The notes beneath the pieces are model-generated. The model made no database searches and was not told the DNA's origin. It saw nothing but the letters and a program-made list of their open reading frames with translations. Position numbers and translations under genes: made by a program. A stretch of DNA of 34,998 bases from Myxococcales bacterium (lineage in GTDB: Bacteria > Myxococcota_A > UBA9042 > JAGQJP01). Positions 16,596-24,742 of this stretch are shown here, one piece after another. The stretch spans positions 1 to 34,998 of the forward strand of contig JAGQJP010000665.1 of NCBI GenBank assembly GCA_020430585.1. The letters are read 5' to 3'. Every line of letters starts with the position of its first letter. The stretch's first letter is position 1.

Positions 16596-18590
16596 ATGGA
16601 ACTAAAGCTGCACATTCAAGACGACGAAGGGCGAACCACGATCGTCCCGATCATCCGCGAAGAGATCTCCATCGGCCGCAAAGAGGGCAACACGATTCGG
16701 CTCACCGAGCAAAACGTGTCGCGGACCCACGCACGCCTCTTGAAGTCCAACGGACACATCTACATCGAAGACGCCGGCAGCTCCTACGGCACGCGGCTCA
16801 ATGGCGTGCAGATCCAGGGGCGCACACCCGTCTCCCTCGGCGACCAGATCCAGATCGGCGATTACCTGCTGGCGGTGCACACCGAGGACGAAGAGGCGGC
16901 GCGGGCCGTCGCGCGAGCGCAGCAGCAGCAGAAGCCGCAAGGCGCCCCGGTTCCCGTATTGCCGGGCAACCCCGTCGCCCCGTCTCCGCAGGCGCGACCC
17001 CGCGGGTTCGACGACCGAGGCGGCGGCGGGACAGCGATCGTCCAGCTCGACCTCTCGCAGGTCGACACCGATACGTCGGCGGCGCGGGCTCTCGAAGCGC
17101 ATGAGCAGCCGCGGCTCGTCGGACTCAACAGCGGGTTCGAGGGGCGCGAGATCCTGATCACCCGCTCCGAGTTCATCATCGGCCGGACCGACGACAACGA
17201 CGCGATGGTCGACCATCGCTCGATCTCCCGAAACCACGCGAAGTTCGCACTCGAGGGCGGCACCTTCCAGGTCTACGACCTACGCAGCTCGAACGGGATC
17301 AAGGTCAACGGCGAGCGCTACGGAAAAGTCGCCGTCCGCCCTGGGGACATCGTCGAGTTGGGCCACGTCAAGATGCGCTTCGTCGGCCCGGGCGAGAAGT
17401 TCGTCTATCGCGCCGAGGACTACCGCGAGAGCTCGACGTCGATCGACGAGCCGGGACAATCGTCGAGCAAGAAGTACATCTTCTTCGTCGCGGGCCTGGC
17501 GATCGTCGCCGTCGGCCTGATCGCGATCTTCATCTGGCTGCGAATGCCGGTCGAGGTGAAGAAGAACGAGTCCAACGAGCGCGTCAAGAGGGTCACCAAA
17601 GAGAAGACGCCGACGCCCAAGCCCGATCCGAAAAACCTGACGCCCAAGCCGACGCCCAAGCCCGATCCGACCAACCTGACGCCCAAGCCGACGCCCAAGC
17701 CCGATCCGACCAAGCTGACGCCCAAGCCGACGCCCAAGCCCGATCCGACCAACCTGACGCCCAAACCGACGCCCAAGCCCGATCCGACGTTGAAACAGCC
17801 CGACCCGAACCAGATGGCGAAGGTGACGGCGCTATTGCAACAGGCGAAGCGGCTGCGCCAAGAGCTCAAGCCCGCCGAAGCGAAGACGAAGGTGCAAGAG
17901 GCCCTCAAGCTGGCGCCGGATCACGCCGACGGGAAGACACTGCTCGGCGACCTCGACAAAGACATCGAGGTGATGAAAGAGCTGAAGCAGATTCAGAAGC
18001 TCTCCAAGCAGCAGCGATACCGCCAGGCCTGGAAGAAGGTGAACGAGAAGCTCGCCACGCTGTCGCCGTCGAGCCCGTACCTGGCCAAGTTCAGCGAAGC
18101 GAAGATCTCGATCCGCGAAGAGTACATCGGCGACCTCGTCTCTCGGGCGAAGAAAGCGGCGCAGAAGAACAAGCACGACGCGGTGATTCGACTGTGCAAG
18201 GACATCTTGTCCGAAAGCCCGGACAATCAGACCGCCAAGACGTTGCTCGCGAAGGCCAAAAAAGAGAAGAAAGCGGCGTTCGAAAAGCAACAGGCCGAAA
18301 AGAAAAAGAAAGGCGACAGCAAGCAACGGGGGGCCAAAGCCGCCGAGCTCTACAAGAAGGGCAAGATGGCGATGATCAACGGCAAATTCGGTGATGCCCT
18401 CAAGCTCTACCAGGAGTGCCTGAAAGCGAATCCCGGCTTTGCGAGCGCCCACAAACAGCTCGGAATCATCTACGGTAGCCGCGGTAACAAGGCCGCCGCA
18501 CTGAAGCACTACAAGACCTACCTCAGGTTGCGCCCGAACGCCAAGGACGCCGACGCCGTCAAGCTCGTAATCCGCAAGATGGGCGGTTGA
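16596..18590 (+). CDS. Dual-FHA-domain, single-pass membrane protein with a Pro/Lys/Thr tandem-repeat linker and a C-terminal helical/TPR domain
   Basis: 664 aa. The preceding in-frame codon is a stop, so no start upstream of ATG 16596 is possible. FHA1 covers residues ~1-95 (GR...SRTHARL...SYGTRLNG). FHA2 covers ~180-265 (IGRTDDND...SRNHAKF...SSNGIKVNG). The TM segment is YIFFVAGLAIVAVGLIAIFIWL. Then come ~4.5 copies of TPKPDPTNLTPKP, a K/E/A-rich helical region, and a TPR-like end (GDALKLYQECLKANPGFASAHKQLGIIY). Confidence 0.85.
   Translation: MELKLHIQDDEGRTTIVPIIREEISIGRKEGNTIRLTEQNVSRTHARLLKSNGHIYIEDAGSSYGTRLNGVQIQGRTPVSLGDQIQIGDYLLAVHTEDEEAARAVARAQQQQKPQGAPVPVLPGNPVAPSPQARPRGFDDRGGGGTAIVQLDLSQVDTDTSAARALEAHEQPRLVGLNSGFEGREILITRSEFIIGRTDDNDAMVDHRSISRNHAKFALEGGTFQVYDLRSSNGIKVNGERYGKVAVRPGDIVELGHVKMRFVGPGEKFVYRAEDYRESSTSIDEPGQSSSKKYIFFVAGLAIVAVGLIAIFIWLRMPVEVKKNESNERVKRVTKEKTPTPKPDPKNLTPKPTPKPDPTNLTPKPTPKPDPTKLTPKPTPKPDPTNLTPKPTPKPDPTLKQPDPNQMAKVTALLQQAKRLRQELKPAEAKTKVQEALKLAPDHADGKTLLGDLDKDIEVMKELKQIQKLSKQQRYRQAWKKVNEKLATLSPSSPYLAKFSEAKISIREEYIGDLVSRAKKAAQKNKHDAVIRLCKDILSESPDNQTAKTLLAKAKKEKKAAFEKQQAEKKKKGDSKQRGAKAAELYKKGKMAMINGKFGDALKLYQECLKANPGFASAHKQLGIIYGSRGNKAAALKHYKTYLRLRPNAKDADAVKLVIRKMGG
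17613..17788 (+). repeat. 39-bp in-frame tandem repeat, about 4.5 copies (units start at 17613, 17652, 17691, 17730, 17769)
   Basis: The unit is acgcccaagcccgatccgaNcaaSctgacgcccaagccg, with only 1-3 substitutions between copies. It encodes TPKPDP(K/T)(N/K)LTPKP. Confidence 0.85.
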
Positions 18591-18595
18591 GGCCG

Positions 18596-19216
18596 ATGGC
18601 CCAGCGCGCCGAGTTTCCCCACATCGCAGCAGCCGTATTGGCGGGTGGCGAGTCCAAGCGCCTCGGGCGCGACAAGGCGCTCTTACCGTGGGGGCGCGGA
18701 ACGCTGCTCGAGCACGTCGTTGCGATTCTGCGCCCGCTCTTCGACGAGCTCGTCGTCGTCTCCCGCGATCGCGAGCGCCTGGCGCACCTCGACGTACCCG
18801 TCGTGACCGATCGGCTGCGCGGTGCTCATGCCCTCGCGGGAATTCACGCTGCGTTGAGCGAAGCACCGAGAGAGCTGGTCTTCGTCTGCGCCTGCGATCT
18901 ACCACTGCTCAGCGCCGACGCGGTCCGCCTCGTCTGCCGCCACGCCGCCCCGCAGACCGTGGTCGTGCCGCGCATCGGTGGGCGACTCGAGCCACTCTTC
19001 GCGCTCTATCCGCGAACGCTGGCGAGCGAAGCCGAGCAGCTGGCGCGCGCCGAAAACTACCGCCTGCGCGATCTCGTCACCCGCGGTTCCATGCACGAGC
19101 TCGACGATACGCAGTTCCGCGATGCAGGCATCCCGCTCGACGTGTTCGCCAACATCAACACGATCGAGGATCTCGAGGCCGTCCGCTCGCGCCACCTCGC
19201 CGCCTCGCACGGGTAG
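18596..19216 (+). CDS. mobA: Molybdenum cofactor guanylyltransferase
   Basis: AAVLAGGESKRLGRDKALLPWGRGTLLEHV is the N-terminal NTP-binding motif, and CACDLPLL is also present. ATG at 18596 is preferred to the track's TTG at 18587. It lies 5 nt after the FHA gene stop. Confidence 0.8.
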   Translation: MAQRAEFPHIAAAVLAGGESKRLGRDKALLPWGRGTLLEHVVAILRPLFDELVVVSRDRERLAHLDVPVVTDRLRGAHALAGIHAALSEAPRELVFVCACDLPLLSADAVRLVCRHAAPQTVVVPRIGGRLEPLFALYPRTLASEAEQLARAENYRLRDLVTRGSMHELDDTQFRDAGIPLDVFANINTIEDLEAVRSRHLAASHG

Positions 19217-19222
19217 CGCGCG

Positions 19223-20188
19223 GTGACGGCGGCCAACCTCGGATGGTTTGCGCTGCGGCGCATCAGCTGGGCGCTCGTCGCGATCGCGCTCTTGGCGACG
19301 TTGGTCTTTTTGGTTCTTCGCGTCTTCACCCCTGGGGATCCGGCGATCAACATCCTCGGTGAGAACGCGAGCGAGGCCGATCTGCGGGCCTTTCGCCAGC
19401 GCTATCAGCTCGATCGCCCGCTGAGCGATCAGTATCGACACTTCGTCAGCAACCTGGCCCACGGCTCCCTCGGTCACTCGTACGAAGTCTTGCACCGCAA
19501 ATACCCCGTAACCGCGGTGATCGCCGAACAGTTCCCCTGGACGATGGAGCTGGCGTTGGCTTCGATGTTCATCGCCTTCTTGATCGCCGTGCCCCTCGGC
19601 CTGATCTCGGCGCTCCGCCAGTACAGCTGGGTCGACAACAGCGCGACGCTGCTGGCCTTCCTCGGCGTGGCGATCCCGAACTTCTGGCTGGGGCCGATGC
19701 TGATCGTCCTGTTCACGATCAAACTACACTGGCTGCCGAACCCGGCGGGAGACGTCGTCCGCTTCACGTCGCTGATCCTCCCCGCGTTTGTCCTCGGCAC
19801 CGCGCTCTCGGCCAAACTGATGCGGATGGTCCGCTCGAGCACCCTCGAAGTGCTGGACGAGGATTTCGTCCGAACCGCCCGAGCGAAGGGCGCCTCGTCG
19901 AGGCGCGTTCTCTTCCGCCATGTGCTGCGCAACGCGATGATCCCCGTGGTGACCGTGATGGGGATGCAATTCGGCGCGCTGCTCGGCGGAGCGATCGTCA
20001 CCGAGAAGGTCTTCGCACGGCCCGGCCTCGGCACGCTGCTGCTGCACGCGATCGAGAAGCGAGACTTCAACGTCGTGCAGGGTTGCGCGGTGACGATTCT
20101 GCTCTGCTACATCGTCGTCAACACCGTCGTCGACCTGCTCTACGCCGCGATCGACCCGCGAATTCGGGTCGCCGGAGATGGGCGATGA
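19223..20188 (+). CDS. ABC transporter permease, DppB/OppB family
   Basis: 321 aa with a GTG start, 6 nt after the mobA stop. N-terminus LRRISWALVAIALLATLVFLVLRVFTPGDP, and the RTARAKGAS EAA-loop motif. Confidence 0.85.
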   Translation: MTAANLGWFALRRISWALVAIALLATLVFLVLRVFTPGDPAINILGENASEADLRAFRQRYQLDRPLSDQYRHFVSNLAHGSLGHSYEVLHRKYPVTAVIAEQFPWTMELALASMFIAFLIAVPLGLISALRQYSWVDNSATLLAFLGVAIPNFWLGPMLIVLFTIKLHWLPNPAGDVVRFTSLILPAFVLGTALSAKLMRMVRSSTLEVLDEDFVRTARAKGASSRRVLFRHVLRNAMIPVVTVMGMQFGALLGGAIVTEKVFARPGLGTLLLHAIEKRDFNVVQGCAVTILLCYIVVNTVVDLLYAAIDPRIRVAGDGR

Positions 20189-21041
20189 GACGCCGAGACG
20201 AGGGGAGGGCGCGATGATCCGACGGCTCCTGGTGAGCACGAGCGCGGCGATCTTGCTCGCGATCGTGCTCCTGGCGTTGACGGCCTCATGGATTGCCCCC
20301 TACACGCCGCGGGATCGCGACGAGACCGCGCTGCTCGATCAGCCGTCGGCGACACACTGGCTCGGGACGGACGAGAACGGTCGAGACATCCTCAGCCTGA
20401 TCATCTATGGCAGCCGCGTCACGGTCACCGTCGGGCTCGGCACGGTCGCGCTCTGCCTCGCCGTAGGCACGCTCCTCGGCCTGATCGCGGGCTACAGTCG
20501 GGGCCTCGTCGACGAGCTGTTGATGCGCGCCACCGAGGTCGTGCTCTCCTTTCCCGGGATCTTGCTCGCGATTCTGATCGTCTTCGTCGTGCAATCGCCA
20601 GGCACGCTGACGGTGATCCTCGCCCTCTCGGTCACGGGCTGGGCGGGGTATGCCCGCCTCGTCCGCGGGCAGGTGCTCCAGGCCCGAGAGCTCGAGTTCA
20701 TCCGCGCCTCCGAGGCGCTCGGCGCGCGACCCGCGAGGATCTTGCTGCGTCACGTTCTGCCGACCATCCTCGGGCCGATCATCGTCCAGGCGACCTTCGG
20801 CGTCGCGGGGGCGATCCTCGCCGAAGCGAGCCTGAGCTTCCTCGGCCTCGGTCCGAGCGAGGCGACGAGCTGGGGCGCGATGCTCGATCAGGGCGCGGTG
20901 CTCTTCATCAAGAGCCCCTACCTCGCCATCGTCCCGGGCCTGGCGATCTTCAGCGTCGTACTGGCGATCAATTTCCTCGGCGATCGCCTGCGCGACGCCT
21001 TCGACCCGACGCAGAGGCACGATGCATCTTCGGCTCACTGA
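20178..21041 (+). CDS. ABC transporter permease, DppC/OppC family
   Basis: 287 aa. Contains HWLGTDENGRDILSLIIYGSRVT, RASEALGARP, and the C-terminal FLGDRLRDAFDP. The start is ATG at 20178, overlapping the upstream stop by 11 nt, or ATG at 20214. Confidence 0.85.
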   Translation: MGDETPRRGEGAMIRRLLVSTSAAILLAIVLLALTASWIAPYTPRDRDETALLDQPSATHWLGTDENGRDILSLIIYGSRVTVTVGLGTVALCLAVGTLLGLIAGYSRGLVDELLMRATEVVLSFPGILLAILIVFVVQSPGTLTVILALSVTGWAGYARLVRGQVLQARELEFIRASEALGARPARILLRHVLPTILGPIIVQATFGVAGAILAEASLSFLGLGPSEATSWGAMLDQGAVLFIKSPYLAIVPGLAIFSVVLAINFLGDRLRDAFDPTQRHDASSAH

Positions 21042-22134
21042 TCGAACGGAGAGACGCCGCGCCCTCGGGCGCCTCCTGATCGCTGGCTTCGACGGCCTCA
21101 GCCCCTCGGCGGAGTGGAGGGCGATGCAGGCGCGCTGGAACCTCGGCGGCTACATACTGTTCCGTCGCAACATCGACTCCGTAGAGCAGGTCGCCGAGCT
21201 CAACGCCGAGCTGCGGGCCCCTGCAGGGGCCGGCGCAGCGACGATCGCCAGCGTCGACCAGGAGGGTGGCCGAGTGCGCCGCCTACGCGAGGGTGTGACG
21301 CCGATTCCGCCGATGCTCGAGCTCGGCCGGCACGGCACAGAGGCCTGCGAACGCGTCGGAGAGCTCGTCGCTCGCGAGCTCTCCGCCTTGGGCTTCACCC
21401 TCAACTTCGCCCCCGTCCTCGACGTCTTCACCGAGCCGCGAAACACGGTCATCGGCGATCGAGCCTTCTCGACGTCGCCCCAAGAGGCGACAACACTCGC
21501 CCTCGCCTTCGCCAGGGGGCAACATCGCGGGGGCATCGCGACCTGCGGCAAGCACTTTCCGGGCCACGGTGACACGCTGCTCGATAGCCACGTCGCGCTG
21601 CCCCGCGTGAGCCACCCCCTCGAGCGCTTGCGACAGCTCGAATGGCTCCCCTTTCGCGCTGCGAGCGAGGCGGCGCTACCGCTGCTGATGACGGCGCACG
21701 TGATCGTCGAGTCCCTCGACCCGATGTGGCCGGCGACGCTGAGTGAGACCGTGTTGGCATACCTGCGCGACGAGATCGGCTTCGACGGGCTGCTGATCAC
21801 CGACGATCTCGAGATGGACGCCGTGGCGAAGAACTACGACTGGCCGACGACCGTCCGCCGCGCACTGTTCGCTGGCGTCGACCTCTTTTTGGTCTGTCAT
21901 TCGCTCGACAAGCAGCTCGAGCTCCTCGACGAGCTCGAGCGGCAGGTTGTTCACGACATCGCCGCCCGACGGCGGGTCGAACGATCTCTGGAGCGCGTCT
22001 CCCGGTTCCACGAGCGCTTCGCCACGGCACCGTTCCACGTCGATCGCGCGGCGCTGCGACGCGTCGTCGGTAGCCCGAGCCACCTCGCAGTGCTGCAGGC
22101 CCTCGGCTTCGATCAGGGGATCGGATCGGTCTGA
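21022..22134 (+). CDS. nagZ: Beta-N-acetylhexosaminidase, glycoside hydrolase family 3 (NagZ), cytoplasmic
   Basis: 370 aa with no signal peptide. Contains LIAGFDG...GGYILFRRN, SVDQEGGRVRRL, NFAPVLDV, and KHFPGHGDTLLDSHVALP, which is the NagZ D-x-H catalytic loop. It overlaps the permease gene by 20 nt. Confidence 0.85.
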   Translation: MHLRLTDRTERRRALGRLLIAGFDGLSPSAEWRAMQARWNLGGYILFRRNIDSVEQVAELNAELRAPAGAGAATIASVDQEGGRVRRLREGVTPIPPMLELGRHGTEACERVGELVARELSALGFTLNFAPVLDVFTEPRNTVIGDRAFSTSPQEATTLALAFARGQHRGGIATCGKHFPGHGDTLLDSHVALPRVSHPLERLRQLEWLPFRAASEAALPLLMTAHVIVESLDPMWPATLSETVLAYLRDEIGFDGLLITDDLEMDAVAKNYDWPTTVRRALFAGVDLFLVCHSLDKQLELLDELERQVVHDIAARRRVERSLERVSRFHERFATAPFHVDRAALRRVVGSPSHLAVLQALGFDQGIGSV

Positions 22135-22634
22135 AGATTCGCCTCGCAGAGCTGGTCGACACAGCTCGAGCCGCTCTCACAATCATCGCTCGTGGTGCAG
22201 AGATCGACGACGCAGAGCGTGTCGATGCACGTCCCGTTGGTGCAAGCGTTCTCTGGACAACGGAAGGGGTCGATGTTGTCGACGACGTTCAGCTCACCGA
22301 CGACCTGGGTTCGATGTCCCGCGCGATCCTCGACCGTGAGAGAGACCTGAAACGTGCCGACGAGGTCGAAGGTATGGCTCGCGGTCTGCGTGCTCGTCAC
22401 CAGCGCCGGGGTTCCGTCTCCAAAGATGAAGGTGTAGGTCAGCTGTCCGTCGGGCTCGGCGTCTCGTGAGCGCGAGGCGTCGAAGCTCACAGGCTCGCCG
22501 CGCTTGACGATCAGCGGGTGGGAGAGCGCTGCTCGCGGCGGATCGTCGCTCGCCGAGCTCCCTCCACCACCACCACACGATGTCGAAAGGAGCAACACCA
22601 GAGCCAAAAAGCAAACCCAACCGCGATCCATCAT
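22113..22634 (-). CDS. Lipoprotein with one PKD-like Ig domain and a C-terminal 8-Cys module
   Basis: The start is ATG at 22632-22634 (MMDRGWVCFLALVLLLSTSCGGGGG; lipobox LSTSC), forming an ATGA overlap with the upstream stop. The PKD signature is VSFDASRS...LTYTFIFGDGT...HTF...GTFQVSLTVED. The tail reads CPENACTNGTCIDTLCVVDLCTTSDDCESGSSCVDQLC. Confidence 0.7.
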   Translation of the reverse strand: MMDRGWVCFLALVLLLSTSCGGGGGSSASDDPPRAALSHPLIVKRGEPVSFDASRSRDAEPDGQLTYTFIFGDGTPALVTSTQTASHTFDLVGTFQVSLTVEDRAGHRTQVVGELNVVDNIDPFRCPENACTNGTCIDTLCVVDLCTTSDDCESGSSCVDQLCEANLQTDPIP

Positions 22635-24742
22635 CGTTTCGCCGCCAACGCCGTTTCGGCAAATAGTATCAAAACAACCGCCAGAATTGCAAACGGCCAC
22701 AGATTCAGCCGCTGCTTCGGTTGACCCGGGGGCGTCCGCGCCAACGTCGTGCCGCGCGACGAGCTGCCGAGGCGCAGGCGCTTCTTGACCTCGGAAAGCT
22801 CGGCGGGCCGCAGATCCGAATCGGAGTGGCCGAGGGTGACGACGAAGCGACTGACGAGTCGACGACGCGAGCCGCTCAGCGACTGCTCGACCAGATAGAC
22901 GCCAGGTAGCGCTGTGTCGCGATAGACCAGACGCCGCGAGCGGCCCCAGTGGGAGGAGGAAAATTGCTTGACTCGACCATTCGGCGCATGGACGACGACG
23001 GACTCGACGTTCTTGTCGATCTCGATCGGGTACTCCGAATGTACGCGAACCGAGGTTGGCGGCGGGACACGGGTCCCACCACCGAGGACGCGCGCGATCT
23101 GGTGCACGAAGGGCAAGAACCCGGACTGAATCGCAAAGTCGCTCCAGTCGCGGTCGATCGTCGTCGTGAAGAAGAAGACACGACCCGCCTTGACGCGACG
23201 TTCGACGAGCGCGGGAGAGCCGTTGTCGAACGAGAGCAGCACCTTCGCGTCGCCGAGCCGACGCTCGAGCAGCAGAAACTGCGAGGTGTGCCCGGCGAGC
23301 AGGCGACGTCCGGGAGAAAAGGCGCGGAAGAGCGGGTGTCGCGAGTCGACTTTGCCGAAGAGCAAGGCCCGCAGCTTCGCCTCGGGCGAGCGGGGATCGA
23401 CGACGATCTTCACGCCGCGAACGGTGTAAGGCAGAAGCTCGCGAAAGACCGAATTGTAGTCGGGCGTGACGTTGGAGCCCGAGGTGATCAGCAATCCGCC
23501 GCCCTTCTCGACGAAACCCACGACGCGCCGCACGACGGACCGCGGCAGCGCCGCTACGTTGAGCAAGAACATGGCGTCCACGTCGGTCAGCGATTGCGTC
23601 GCCAGCTCGTCTGGTCGAATGGTCTGGAGCCGCACCTTGGTCCGCGCGTCGGCACGCGGTTGGAGCGCCAGGGAGACGAAGTAGCTCTCGTCCAGGTAAG
23701 GCACCGTGCGCGGCGCTCCGTTGACCAGCAGAACCGAGATCGACCGATTCTGCCGAACCAGAAACGGATACTCGTTGTCGAAGGCGAGCGCATCCGCGGG
23801 AATTCGGGCGTATCCCACGCGATCTCCCTTGCTCTCGACTTTGATCAAGAAGCGCTTCTGCGCCGCCTTCCCCGGCGCCAGGGGCTGATCGAGGTAGCCC
23901 TTGACCGTACGCCCCTCGATCTCGATCTCGATCGGCTTGAAGAACGCCCGCTTGGTGTAGTTGGCGATCGTGACGACGACGTTGAAGTGCTGGGGCGACA
24001 CGTCGGGGGCTGGCTCGACGGCGACCGTGCGAATCGCCAGGTTTTCACGAGAAGAGGTGGGAGCGATCGACTCGAATCGCACGATGGGGGCGGCCCCGAG
24101 ACCCCACGGTGCCTCGACCCCGCTCCAGACGTGGCGCGAATGGTCGCTCAGAACGACGATCTCGCGCTGTAGATGAGCTGGCGCCTTGCTCAAGATGCTG
24201 TCCGCCAAGCGTAGCGCACCGAGCATGTCGGTCTCCTTCGTCGAAAGCACGACGCTCGCGAGAGACTCACGCAAGCGGCTGACGTCGTAGGTCAAACGCC
24301 CGATTGGCGCCGACGCGGGGCGCGAGGCGAAGACCAGCGCCACCATCTCGTCTCCGCGGGTCCGGCGAAGCAGCTCCTGCAGCCGTTCGCGCGCCCGCTC
24401 GAGGTTACTCGTCGTTCCATCCGTCGCCGCCATGCTCCAGGAGTTGTCGAAGACGTAGACCGTCGCCGACGAGGTCATCCCGCCGAAGCTGGTCAACCGG
24501 TCGGTGTGGGTGAAGGGCTTGGCGAGGGCGATCGCCAGAATGACCAACAAAGCGATGCGCGCCAACAGGACGAGCAGCTGCCGTAGCTTCATTCGGCGGA
24601 TCAGGTTCTTGCGGCTACGCAGGATGAACTCGATCGCGGCGAAGCGCTTGCGCTCGGCGCGGCGTCGGTTGAAGAGGTGGATCGCCACCGGAATCGCCGC
24701 CGCCAGTGCACCCCAGAGGTAGAGTGGTAGCTCGAAGCTCAT
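22631..24742 (-). CDS. BatA_N double-transmembrane plus von Willebrand factor A domain membrane protein (BatA-like), 703 aa
   Basis: The track ORF 22631-25444 is over-extended. The start is ATG at 24740-24742, an ATGA overlap with the DUF58 stop. The N-terminus MSFELPLYLWGALAAAIPVAIHLFNRRR...LLVLLARIALLVILAIALAKP matches the aerotolerance-regulator N-terminal pattern. The vWA MIDAS motif DNSWS lies at 24434-24448. There is a C-terminal TM segment LNLWPFAILAVVLILFAETALAA. Confidence 0.75.
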   Translation of the reverse strand: MSFELPLYLWGALAAAIPVAIHLFNRRRAERKRFAAIEFILRSRKNLIRRMKLRQLLVLLARIALLVILAIALAKPFTHTDRLTSFGGMTSSATVYVFDNSWSMAATDGTTSNLERARERLQELLRRTRGDEMVALVFASRPASAPIGRLTYDVSRLRESLASVVLSTKETDMLGALRLADSILSKAPAHLQREIVVLSDHSRHVWSGVEAPWGLGAAPIVRFESIAPTSSRENLAIRTVAVEPAPDVSPQHFNVVVTIANYTKRAFFKPIEIEIEGRTVKGYLDQPLAPGKAAQKRFLIKVESKGDRVGYARIPADALAFDNEYPFLVRQNRSISVLLVNGAPRTVPYLDESYFVSLALQPRADARTKVRLQTIRPDELATQSLTDVDAMFLLNVAALPRSVVRRVVGFVEKGGGLLITSGSNVTPDYNSVFRELLPYTVRGVKIVVDPRSPEAKLRALLFGKVDSRHPLFRAFSPGRRLLAGHTSQFLLLERRLGDAKVLLSFDNGSPALVERRVKAGRVFFFTTTIDRDWSDFAIQSGFLPFVHQIARVLGGGTRVPPPTSVRVHSEYPIEIDKNVESVVVHAPNGRVKQFSSSHWGRSRRLVYRDTALPGVYLVEQSLSGSRRRLVSRFVVTLGHSDSDLRPAELSEVKKRLRLGSSSRGTTLARTPPGQPKQRLNLWPFAILAVVLILFAETALAAKR

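Noticed and set aside
17613-17788. Could the regular 39-bp repeats be a CRISPR array?
   Set aside because: The units are directly adjacent with no spacers. They are in frame inside a well-supported CDS and encode a proline-rich peptide repeat. No cas genes are nearby.
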